Origin: Plasmodiophora brassicae
Taxonomy: Eukaryota
Length of the DNA stretch: 64,000 nucleotides
Direction of reading: 5' to 3'
Assembly (NCBI GenBank): GCA_036867785.1
Contig: CP145414.1
Span: 186,001-250,000, forward strand
Both the position numbers and the translations under genes were made by a program. This document shows positions 13,594 through 24,229 of this stretch, one piece after another (positions within the stretch are counted from its first letter, which is position 1; each line of letters begins with the position of its first letter). The notes below the pieces were generated by a model. It was not told the DNA's origin. It saw only the letters and a program-made list of their open reading frames with translations, and did not search any database.

Positions 13594-14569
13594 ATGATGG
13601 GGCTTGTCGAGGCAAGCGTTCGTACTGGTCCTCCTAGTTCTGTTACCGATTCGTCTGGTTCTGGCGACGTTCGTCCTCCTTCAGCTGCTGCATCTGCCGT
13701 GTCAACGCCCGTGCGGCGTGGCAAAAGGGAAGGGGCGAAGAATTTTACTCCAGGGGAGGACCTGATGATCGCCAAAGCGTACGCGTCAATAACTACAGAC
13801 GCGGCCGTTGGAGTCGACCAGGATGGCGAGACGTATTACCAGCGAATCGCCGCTGCATTCCACGAACTTGTCGATGGATCTCCAGCTTACGTGTGCGATC
13901 GCTCCTGGGAAAGTATCCGCAACAGGTGGCTCCACGTTGCAAAAGGACTTGCTGAAGTTCGTCGGTTGCCTGAACAAAGCGTTCGCGGAGGATCACTCGG
14001 GATGGTCATATGATGATTACTTCGACATGGCGAAGAAGTATTATCTGGCGATAACCAACCGCGAGTTCAACCGCAACTGCTTGTGGTTGGAAGTCAAGCG
14101 GCTCCCGAAGTTCGCCGCCGACGTCAACCAAATGTCCCCATCCAGCAAGCGCGCACTCTCACTGGATTCTGCAGACGGTCAACAGCCAGACGTAGATGGC
14201 GACGCCGTCGATGGGGTTGCTGATCAGAATTCTCCTGACATCCCGAAACTGGCGCTTGCCCAACGCCCCAGTATTGGCAAGAAGAAAGCTAAGAAGATTA
14301 AGTTCGAGAAAGCACAAACGAACGAAGCATCTGTGTCGATGCTCGGCCAGTGGATGCAGCAGATGGCCAAGGCCCAGGAAGAACGCCTGTCTGTCGCGCG
14401 CGAGAAAACACGAATCGCGCGTAATAAGTTTCTCACGTCGTTGTTCACGGAAGACGACCAAGAGCGGTCCGAGTTCATTCGTCTCCAGCGTGAGCAAGCA
14501 CTTCTGGAGGCGCGCCTTGAAGTGGCTAAGAAGCGAAACGAACTCGCTCAATTGGAGGAACGCCATTAA
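13594..14569 (+). pseudogene. Harbinger ORF1, Myb/SANT-like DNA-binding protein with NAM-associated-like C-terminus; one frameshift near 13930
   Basis: NFTPGEDLMIAKAY...DAAVGVDQ...RSWESIRNRW joins TLQKDLLKF...SGWS...CLW...PKF...RPSIGKKKAK in another frame. Confidence 0.85.
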
Positions 14570-14635
14570 TACAGCACGTTCGTTTCCACTCGACAACAAA
14601 TGTATACTGTTTATTGGACTGTTACTTGAAGAATG

Positions 14636-14640
14636 AAAAA
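14636..14640 (-). terminator. Pol III-type T5 terminator downstream of the tRNA-like unit
   Basis: TTTTT on the minus strand, 3 nt after the discriminator position. Confidence 0.6.
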
Positions 14641-14643
14641 CGC

Positions 14644-14715
14644 GGGCGCCGCTGGGAATCGAACCCAGGGCCAACGGTTGAACGTACCGCTGCTGTACCA
14701 CTCAGCTACGGCGCC
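14644..14715 (-). ncRNA. tRNA-like RNA (72 nt), nominal anticodon GTT (Asn) with a non-canonical anticodon loop
   Basis: GGCGCCG/CGGCGCC acceptor stem, GCTG/CAGC D-stem with AGTGGTA loop, GCGGT/ACCGT anticodon stem, CTGGG-TTCGATT-CCCAG T-arm. Loop is ACGTTCA (A32, C33, C37); discriminator is C. Confidence 0.85.
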
Positions 14716-14873
14716 TGAAGTCCGACTGGCGTGAGGATTGGATGTATGTAATTCCTGACACGCCCCCTCAATCCGTAGCCAGGTGTGACGATGGTGTCTG
14801 TCCTGGGATCTACTACGGAAGAGGGCCCATTGGCGCCACGCATTTCTGTATGGCTATGTATAGCGCATACGAC

Positions 14874-15065
14874 TGTTAATCTGAGAAGGACAATAATGAA
14901 GTGGATGTATTACGTACGGCGTGTGCGGCGGACGTTACAGTGGCGACGTAGTCGCCGACGGTGTAACGGTTGCCAACGCCGGCGGGCACGGAGTCGCGGA
15001 GTGCGTGACGGCGTTCACGTGCTGCAGGCATGTGCTGCTGGTCGTAGTGGATACGTTGTTCGACA
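14874..15065 (-). repeat. Solo LTR of the Copia family, inside the Harbinger element
   Basis: TG...CA ends; reverse complement aligns with 10498-10690. No clean TSD (ACGAC vs AAGAA). Confidence 0.8.
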
Positions 15066-15086
15066 AAGAATACGTACAGGTTCCAG

Positions 15087-16501
15087 CTAGCTGCTGTCGT
15101 CGGCGCCGCCAAACATTGACCATAGATGTTCCACGAGGTCTTCCTTGAGCCGGGCATGCATAGAACGGTTGTGGATCCGTGACATATTAACAAGCTTTGC
15201 ATCGGCCGATAGCTCCTCGTCCTTGGCAGGAACAATGACAAATGGATGTTCAGGGACGTACTCGGACCCTTCAATGTATGTCGAGTCGATGCTATGCTTC
15301 CGTTCATAGTCAATGATCAAATTGTGCAGGATAACGCAGGTCTTGACAACGACACATAGCGCATCCCGATGCCAGAGCTTCATCGGGATTGTCAGGATAT
15401 GGAAACGGTGCTGCAGAATCCCGAACGCGCGCTCGATATCCTTACGTTTCGCCTCCTGCTTCGTAGCAAACAACTTTTGCGCCCGCGATGACGGATTGCT
15501 AATGGTCGACATAAAACAGTGGATGCCGGGATATATGCCATCAACAAGATAGTAGGGAACCGAGTACTCGTTCTGACCAACTGAGTATAGCACGGTCGGC
15601 ATTTCTCCCGTGATTTGGGAGTTCAGAACCGGAGAGCGATCCAAGACGTTGAGATCGTTGAGTGACCCCGGGCAGCCACAGAAGAAATGCCAGATCCTGC
15701 ATTCGTGATCGGCTATGGCCTCAATGACAACCGTCGGCTCGTGTTCCTTTCCCGTGAACATGCCCGCCCATGCAGATGGACAGTTCTTCCATTTGACATG
15801 CATGCAATCAAGCGACCCGATACAGCCTGGCCACCCAGCTTTCCACCCTTTCGTCGAGCAGATGGTTCAGGTCGTCGACGGATGGAGACCGTATCGCCTC
15901 GTCCCCATATATACCGATGATGGCATTGCAGAAGCGATGAAGGTTCTCGATAGCAGTAGACTCTGCGAGTCTGAACTTATCGTCCAGCTCGTGTGCGGAA
16001 TCACCTGATGTGAGCATACGCACCGCGCAGACGACTTTCTGCAAGGATGTAAAGCCTGGAACCTAAAGATGATTCGGTTATAAACGTAACGCACAGGTAG
16101 AACAGAACAGTTCTTACCCCAAGGGCATCCTTTTTCTGCAGGAAGTATTCATCGAACTGCGTCACGCGTTCGTGAATTTCATCGAACAGGGCCCTCGGCA
16201 TTCGGAACGTCCGTCGAAAATGATTGGCATCGTAAACCGGATCAGGGCCCCAGTAATCATCAAAGAGTAGCTGGGCATACAACAGTCGCCGGCGTTTCTT
16301 GTTGGGTGCCCGTCCAGGTCGAGAGCCACCCCATCCCCGTTTGGCTGCCACCTTCGGCCGGTGGTTGAGCATGTGCTCGCTGAGCAACAAGCCGGCCGTG
16401 ACGACTTCATCAATATCATCATCACTGCTAGATGAGGACGTGTCTTCCGAGCCCTCGTCCTCTTGTCGCCTCCATACGCTGTCTCTATCGTTGCGCTCCA
16501 T
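15087..16501 (-). pseudogene. Harbinger DDE transposase with one intron (16063-16117) and one frameshift near 15850
   Basis: FRRTFRM, KDALG|VPGFTSLQKVVCAVRML, GSLDCMHVKWKNCP, GSLNDLNVL, YYLVDGIYP and RKDIERAFGILQ motifs. Confidence 0.93.
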
Positions 16502-16620
16502 CTGACGACTGGCGGCGGCTTTTCTCCGCGGTGGTGTTGGACCCCAAAATTCATTATTTTCCCGATCGTCACATACAGATGTGACGATAACGATAATGCT
16601 CTGCGGTGGAGATGCTCTAA

Positions 16621-17183
16621 CGTTATATAACGGTTATATAACGGTTATATAACGCCCTTTTTGGAGACGCTTGGAGACCACCCCGGACAGCCCGGACTGC
16701 GCCGAGAGGCCGTGGAAATCCGGCGGACTCGCATTGACATCTCGAAGTGCACTCTAAACAGCGTGCGAGACTTGGAGACGCGAATATTGAACGCCAGACT
16801 GCAGTGTGTTTCAATTCGTCCCAACTGAAGCGAAAGGTTCCGGACGCACGCCCGATAGACGGACTCCTCAAGCACCTCACCAGTTTCCACTCCTGGACAG
16901 AATCTCTGGTGGGATCTGCAGCCGATGGATGCGAAGATGACGACGTGATTGATCCTGTCGACGACTTCGAATTTTAGATGCCTGTGATCGCGAGGTCGAC
17001 CGCGTAGTGAATCCAAACGAAATTGACGACCACGTGATCTACAGCGACTCTGATCCCGAGGAAGTGGTCGTAGAATCAGGATGGGTGTGAAACATGACCG
17101 GTACACTGTTATTCGTTATAAATGGAATATAACGCGCGTTATATAACGCCCGTTATATAACGCCAAAATAACTAACAGATCTA
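16621..17183 (+). mobile_element. Probable deleted hAT-type element: transposase C-terminal remnant, palindromic subterminal repeats and right end
   Basis: VHSKQRARL...IERQTAVCFN resembles the hAT C-terminal dimerisation region. Clusters of CGTTATATAACG lie on both sides. It ends ...AACAGATCTA (TAG start on the reverse strand). Left TIR and 8-bp TSD not found. Confidence 0.5.
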
Positions 17184-17185
17184 TA

Positions 17186-17275
17186 CCGTTACACCGTCGG
17201 CGACTACGTCGCCACTGTAATGTCCGCCGCACACGCCGTACGTAATACATCCACTTCATTATTGTCCTTCTCAGA
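17186..17275 (+). repeat. 3' fragment of the same Copia-family LTR
   Basis: Nearly identical to the reverse complement of 14881-14970. Confidence 0.85.
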
Positions 17276-20200
17276 ATTCAGCTACGGCAAGGAGCGGCTG
17301 CCAGTCGTCTTGTAAGTAGTTGACGTACGCACGGAGATAATGTTCCACGACTTGGTTCACCCGCTCGGTTTGGCCATCGGATTCTGGGTGCCGCGAAGAA
17401 GACAGGTTGCGTTGCACGCCGAGACGTATGAGAAGTTGCTTCCAGAACTTATCACGCGTGAGATTTGTCAGCGGTAAGGCCAGTTCTGCGAAGTGGGGGA
17501 CGAACTTGCGATAGAAGTTAACGAACCCGAGAAACACCTGCACCCCGTGGACGTCGGTCGGCTGTTGCCACGAGAGAATGCAATCGATCCTGGAGGGGTC
17601 AACCCGTATCCCGGAGGAGGACACCAAGAAACCTAAGAATTCCACTTCGACCGTATTGAAGACGCACTTCTCCAGTTTAGCGTGGAGTTGAGCAGTGCGG
17701 AGTCGCTCTAGAACGAGACGGACATGGCGTTCATGGTCCTCGGGAGTCGACGAGTAGATCAGGATGTCGTCCAAGTAGATTACCACAAATACATCAAGGA
17801 AATTCGTTCATGAAGTACTGGAAGGAGGCCGGCGCGTTGGCTAAGCCAAACGGCATGGCTAAGTACTCGAACAAGCCGTACGGCGTGCGGAAGGCCGTCT
17901 TCCACTCATCGCCTTGTCGGATCCGAACTTGGTTATAGGCGCTGCGGAGGTCGATTTTCGTGAAGATTGTTCCGGAGCCCAGCTGGATCAAGAGCTGGTC
18001 GATAAGTGGAACCGGATATCGGTTCTTGATAGTAACAGAGTTTAGACCGCGGCAGTCTACGCACAGGCGAAGACTACCGTCCTTCTTCTTGACGAACAGA
18101 ATTGGGGCGCCCGCCGATGAACGGGATGGACGAATGAGATTAGCTTCCAGATTGATCTTGAGATACTCCTTCAAGGCTTCTTGTTCCCGGGGTGACAGCC
18201 CGTACAGACGGCAATACGGCGGGTCGCCACCGGGTTTCAGGTCAATCGGACAGTCGAACGGTCGGTGATCAGGAAGAGGCGTTGAGTCCGCCTTATCGAA
18301 GACGTCAGTAAACTCCTGATATTGCGGCGGTAGTTCCGCGGCGTGGGCAGCGGAATCAGACGGTGACCATGTGTAGTGGATGGCATAGCAGTCTGCGCCG
18401 TCTTGCACGTCGTCTAAGAACGGTTCGGCGGAAACAAACGCGATGGAGAGCGGCTCCACAGGTTCGCCTGGCGGCTCCGTAGTCAACGGCTCCGTGTCAA
18501 CGGCTCCGTGTCAACCGACGACGACGTGGAGGCCTGCGGCACGGCAGTCAGCAAGGCGTTGTCAATGACGCAGGGATCCGGAAGCGTTGAAGGCGCACGT
18601 CTCGGGGCGGAGCTGTTGGCGATCAATACCTGGAGGGCGACCAGCCCAACGAGCGCACACAGCTGGGAGGCGAGTGACCCGCGTGGACTGCTGCGCCCTG
18701 AGCAGGCGAAAGGGGCGCGTCGACCCGCGCGGCGGCGTGCCGGCGAAACCGAGGGAGGTTCTGAACAAGAGGTGGCCGCCGATATGGGTGCAAAGCACGA
18801 AAGAGGCGGAAGCGGTGGCGGAACATTGGCGGCAGCTGAGGTCGCCGGCTCAGGCGGTGCGGCGGAATTCAATGGTCGACCAGCGGCAGACACAGGCGGC
18901 ACGAGATCCGGACCGTCGACCAGACAAGCAGCCACCGGTGGTAACGGCTGGGCCGTAACGGGAGACGACGAGGCGACGCAGTGATCAATGTCCGAGGGCG
19001 GTGCGTTCGGAAGCGGGCCGGGTTCGACGGGCAACCCGTCGGCGCAGCATAATAACGCAGCCGTGTCAGGAGAGCAGACGGCCGTCAGGAGAGCAGGCGA
19101 CCGTGTTATCAGAAAGGGCGACCGGGTCAGCAGAGCAGGCAACCGTGTCGGCAGAGTCGGTGGGGTTCCCACCGGCCTAACAGGGCGAAAGTGTTGACAC
19201 GGCGTGAGCCGATAACGAAGCATACCGATACCAACAGATGCGGTATTGATGGAGACGTCATAAGGAACAGATCAGTGACGTGGAGAGGGTTGCCGGACCG
19301 CTCGGGACACAGCGATGAGCGGTGGCCAACATTACGACATTGCGGGCACGGTGGCCTCTTCGGGCAGGACGCAATAAAATGCCCAACTTCGCGACAATAG
19401 TGGCAAGCCAGGGGTTGTGCCCTTGCATCACCGCCAGCGTTGATGGCGGCGATTGGGTATTTCGACTCAAGATGAGCCGCCATCTCGAGAATTTTGTCGT
19501 AGTCTCTGAAGTTGTAGAAGAACAGCGCTTCGGAGAGCACAGGGTTCAACGAGAGGCGGGACTTTTCCGCCAAGCGGGCCGGATTGAGTCTGTACAATGG
19601 GTCAAGTCTTTGAAGGTCCTTGTACAAGCGTTGGAATGCCAGTGCGTGGTGAGCAACACCTGCAGTCTGCTTCAGGTTGTCAAACTTCGCTTCAACCTGC
19701 TTGAACGAAGGTCCCGGGAAGTCATGGAGCAGGACGGACGCTACGTCCGCCATAGACGCGTCCGCAGGCAAGTCGAGGTAAGTCTCAAGGGCCTGACCTT
19801 GCAAGGCTGTCGTTAAGACACATTGCACATCGCTGGATAGAGGACTTGTAGACGTTAACGACGTCTGGGTGATCCGAGAGAACGCAGTCAACCAACGCGT
19901 CGTCGACAGACCATCGCTTCCCGAAAAACGCGGAATGTCTTGTGACTGGACAACAATAGACGTTAAGGGTGGCCCCGGAAACACCCGTGGCGCCGGCACC
20001 CGAGCCCCAACGGACGAAGCGCCAATATGCTGCGACGTCGAGGAGACAGGGTCATGCCGAGGCGCGCCGCCGGGGTCCTGCAGAGAGTCGAGGCGGCAGA
20101 AACGTGTAGGGACGATAAGGCAGGCGGGGAGTGACGGTCCGAAGAGGACAGAGACTCGTCGGGCCAATCGGCAGAGGTACTTAATAATTACTATTGAGCG

Positions 20201-20449
20201 AAGGCGGGGTGAGCGGTCGTGCAGGGAGATGATTCGCCAGTGGCAGAACACCCCGCGCGAAGTGCAGCTGCGACCGGGAACCGAGAGCAAAATCCGACGC
20301 ACCCGCAACATCCGGATTCGCGGACGATGGGACGTCGTCCGCCAATGACGGAATCGACCCATCGCCTCCTGCCATGAATGCAATACAATACCAACGATAG
20401 AAACGGTACGGCACGATGCGATACGGCACAATACGATACGATACGGCAC
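17271..20449 (-). mobile_element. Ty3/Gypsy (chromovirus-like) element, frameshifted, with an internal deletion joining RT to integrase
   Basis: Gag with two CCHC knuckles (CHYCREVGHFIASC, CPQCRNVGHRSSLC), FALL(D) protease remnant, [34 protein letters not shown], then a jump to FWKQL...HPESDGQTER. Confidence 0.93.
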
Positions 20450-20462
20450 AATACGATACGAG
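20390..20462 (+). repeat. Pentamer-based microsatellite (CGATA/CAATA/CGGCA units)
   Basis: Directly visible tandem units. Confidence 0.8.
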
Positions 20463-22377
20463 TCGAGACAAGACGACGACAGAAGGTTAGTCGGTCAAAA
20501 TGTGACGACCGAACACGATGAGTCAACCACACGGATTGACCGACTGAGGTCGGTCCGCGCCGTGGACGTCTATTGTACTTACGGTGGAAACAAATATTTG
20601 CATCACTCGGAAGAAACACTTGGATCACTCGGAAGACATTTTTGCATCAACAGGAAGAAATAAGTGGATCAAGCGGAAAAAACATGTGGATCATGATCCA
20701 TGTATTATTTCCGTCATGACTGATCATGGGAATAACGTGGGCTTTCAGTGAATGGTGATCCGTGGATCATTCGGAACGCCTTCAGGAGCAGCATCTTCTA
20801 ATTGCGTTGCATGAACGTGACCGTCGCAGAACTTCTCGATAAATTCCTTCGTCAAGCGCGAGCAACCGAACACATCGCGCAAATGCTGACAGCCATCTGG
20901 AGTAAACTCGTCATAGAACTGCGGCAAGTAACTATTCAGCAGATCCTCGACGTCGATGGGAGGGCTGGGCACGTGCGCGCTTCATCTCCGTGATGCGCCG
21001 ACTCGTAGAGCTTCTGCGTGAAGACGGGTCGTCGATCCTTACAGTACGCGAGGAACTCCCTCATATGGTCGTACGTTCGCCGGATATCGTCAACTGATAT
21101 ACGATTCACCTCATCCAGTAAGCATCGCTTCATAGTCGCCTTCCCTATGTGAACCGAGGAATCTGTCGCAGAACTGACCCAAATGCGTATCTTGAGCAGC
21201 CCGAAGATCTCCTCGCAAGGGTTCAGGAATGGCGAATACTCAGGCAAGAACTGCATCTTGAAGTGCTTCGAGACGCGCTGGACATGATGAATGCGGGCAT
21301 TATCGAGAATGAAGAGGCGCGGGCGTGAATTGTCACATGTCGTCTGCACGTAGTGCTGGACCATGCTCTTGCAAAACTCCAGAAACACGTCGCCGTCAAC
21401 TGTTGTGTCAATTGTTTCGTACCAGATGAGACCAAGGGCCGGCGACAACGCTAGCAGTAGTGATACGTGCTTGCCGGACATAACAGGCTCCTCAGAGAGA
21501 GACGGGACCCAGCCTCGAACTGAGCAGACTTTCCGGTTTGACACGAGTGTAAGAGGCATCTCATCGAAGTAAACCGCATCGTAGAGTGGATTCGGCCCAA
21601 ATATTCGACGGTACTCGTCCGACTCCAAACGCGAAACGTACTGGAAGCGCATCTCAATGGTCTCAGTGGCGTTACGTTTGACGTTGAAGGATTTGAAGTC
21701 CCCTAGACGGAAGCCGGCTCGATCACGAAGATGCTTGCTGAGGGTTCGAGAGGTGACGCTGACGTTGAAAGCCACTTTCAAGAACTTAGCAGCGACGGCA
21801 ATTGTCGCCCCGATGCAGAGGAACATGAATCTGGCAGCCGCATTGATCATCTCATCGGAAAGTTTGTCCGGGCGGCCTCTTCGTTTCCCCGATTCAGCCT
21901 TCGAAACCCCATTGACATGGCGAGACACAGTCGATTGCGAACACCCAACTTCAGCAGCAATGTCGCGCTGAGACTTGGACCCATCAAGAGCGTTGATCAT
22001 CTCCTCGCTTTCCAAAGAGATGTGCGGTTTCTTGGGGACAAGCGCCTTTCGGAAATGAACCGGAACAGAGTCGATGTCGACTTCACCCACTAGCATCTTG
22101 ACTTGCCACTGGGACAACTCTTGAGCGAACGCTCGTTCGCGATCCGATATCGACCTGTAACGTTCGATTTTCCTGTTCGCGACCTCGCGAACATGATCAA
22201 CTGCACACTGGAGCTGCTGTAGTTGTTGCAATGCACGCTGACGGCTTTTCTCTCGAGCAACTCGTCGTTGTTCATCAAGTCGTCGCTGATTGGCAGCGTG
22301 CAGGGTACCGGAAACCGCTGGGGTGAACCGGATGTCTGCGACTCGTGGATCACACGCGATGGCCGGATCCAGCCGCG

Positions 22378-22582
22378 TGAGGTCTTTTCCCAGAATAGTG
22401 AACTCCTTTAATAGAACTAGCTGGATCACAGGCCATACTGTGCCTGTGTGGTATCATGCTAGTAGCCCATGACAGTGTCAACAGAGATTCCAGTGGGGAA
22501 CAGCGGGTGATGTCATGCAGTGACGTCACCAGAGTCAGGCTGATGTAGGGAATGAGCCATATATAACCGGCCCATTTCTACA
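22378..22582 (-). repeat. Gypsy 3' LTR
   Basis: Matches 33788-33829 plus 40018-40180 with one mismatch seen. Contains TATATA and ATTAAA on the minus strand. Confidence 0.95.
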
Positions 22583-23099
22583 CTGCCTTTCTCCGAACTC
22601 ATGACCGGAATCAGCATGAGACGGGATGACTGATGAGAGATGACTCATGATGTCCAGATGTTGATCATGCAGAAGGGTAGTGTGAGACTCGGGTGCAAAT
22701 GAGCGCCCACTACTCACTAAAAACCACCTTGTAACCCAATTTGGGAGAAATCGGTGGAAAATCCATTTGCGGACACCCCCAGCATGAATGTCAACCACCG
22801 GATTATCTATGCTAGAAGATCAGATAAACATTCCAATTGCGGAACATACCTGACGAGGACATCGGCAATGGGGCGCTCAACCCACATGGGAGGAGCCCTT
22901 GACCATATACATCTCCGAAGTATCATTCACACCACTCAACGACCGGCACACATGTGCGGGCCCCCAGCGCTACAGGAGCCTCAATGAAAAGGACGATGTC
23001 CAAATCAGAGTCAATCCCGCGGTGAAGAGGAACTTCGAAGATGCTGCCGAATGCCTCGTGATGAAATGTGCCAGAACGGCAATAGCTCAATAGAGCACC

Positions 23100-23191
23100 A
23101 ATGGCATACTAGCCCACGATAGGAGCGCCATGGATAGATATAGCTCAGATATGAGCGAGAATGGCATACTAGCCCACGATAGGAGCGCCAT
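23100..23191. repeat. 32-bp direct repeat pair (period 60) in the Gypsy 3' UTR
   Basis: AATGGCATACTAGCCCACGATAGGAGCGCCAT at 23100 and 23160. Confidence 0.9.
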
Positions 23192-24229
23192 TAAGCGGTT
23201 TCCAATATTGGATAACCATGATCATGATCATCGTCGTATTGTTCACAATCGAAGCAATACGGTCGCGCCGTCCACGTAATGTACCGACGCTAGGAAGAGC
23301 GACTTATACTGAAGCCACCTATGCAACGCAAATTCATGCATTAATGGCGTTCATTGCCATCATACCTAGTTGCTGCGTCGCTGCTTCCGTCTGGATCCGG
23401 TACCTTTGGTGCGCGTCCGTTTCGGCGTCGGCGGTACCAATTGAGATAACGCCTCAGCATGCTGATGATCGTCGCCAAGTTTGCGAATCAACTCCGGTAG
23501 CAACTGGGGAACGTCTTCAGCGATGCGAGCTGCTGGTTCCCATGTCGCTTCCGATAATTCGAAGCCGGACCAGGCCACCTGGATCTGGAGCTCATGCGTG
23601 TCACGATCCAGACGACAATCGAGGAGATCATCCACCAATAGCTTCTGGTCCGCTTGCTGCAATTGTTGCTTCAGCTCGACAGTGACGTTCAGGTCTTCGT
23701 CGGCGTATCGTCGGATGCGTTGCGTGTGCGCTTCAAACCGACGCGAGGTGAGAATGTCCTCCAGCTCGTAGACTTGGTCGTTGATCCGTCGAACGACTCG
23801 ATACGGTCCCCGCCAGTGCGCGGCCAACTTCTGCGCAGGTCCGAGCACAGCCTTCGCGTTCAGCACATAGTCGCCGGGGATGAACGACTCGGACTGGTAC
23901 TTCTTCAAACGTCGTGCCCGCTGCTGGACGTTCGCGGCGTGCTGCGCCGTCTTCGCGTCATCGACCGCCTTGTGCAGTTCGTCCAACGCGACTTGCATCT
24001 CCGCCAGGTACGTCACGACCACTGGAAACTTAAAAGTGCCGAACTAGTGCCGCTTGGAAAACGGACCCGGGGGGACAACGCTTGCAAGTGCTGATTAAGT
24101 GCGCATTCATATTTTTGGAGGTTCCCGGCTCGGCAATTGCGGTTGTAAAAATAGGCAACGGGTGCGCCCGCGCCGGTTGTCATCTTGAAGCGTCGTCTTC
24201 GCCGAGTTGGCGTTGCCAGACAGTACGTC

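Larger units (their letters stand above)
13405..16617. mobile_element. PIF/Harbinger DNA transposon, full length
   Basis: TIR GAGCATCTCCACCGC(G/A)GAGC at both ends, TAA TSD (13402-13404 and 16618-16620), convergent Myb-like and DDE ORFs. Confidence 0.96.

Noticed and set aside
14644-14715. Canonical tRNA-Asn, or a Glu/Sec/opal-suppressor tRNA using TTC or TCA
   Set aside because: The loop lacks U33 and purine 37. Shifting the register to centre TTC or TCA destroys the anticodon stem.
22378-22582. A 200-bp target-site duplication of Tc1 sequence
   Set aside because: TG...CA ends, a PPT and the 4-bp CGCG duplication show these are Gypsy LTRs. The first residues of ORF 20936-22429 are LTR-derived.
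23100-23191. CRISPR-like repeat-spacer-repeat (32 bp + 28 bp)
   Set aside because: Only two units, inside a eukaryotic retrotransposon UTR, with no cas genes; a simple tandem duplication explains it.
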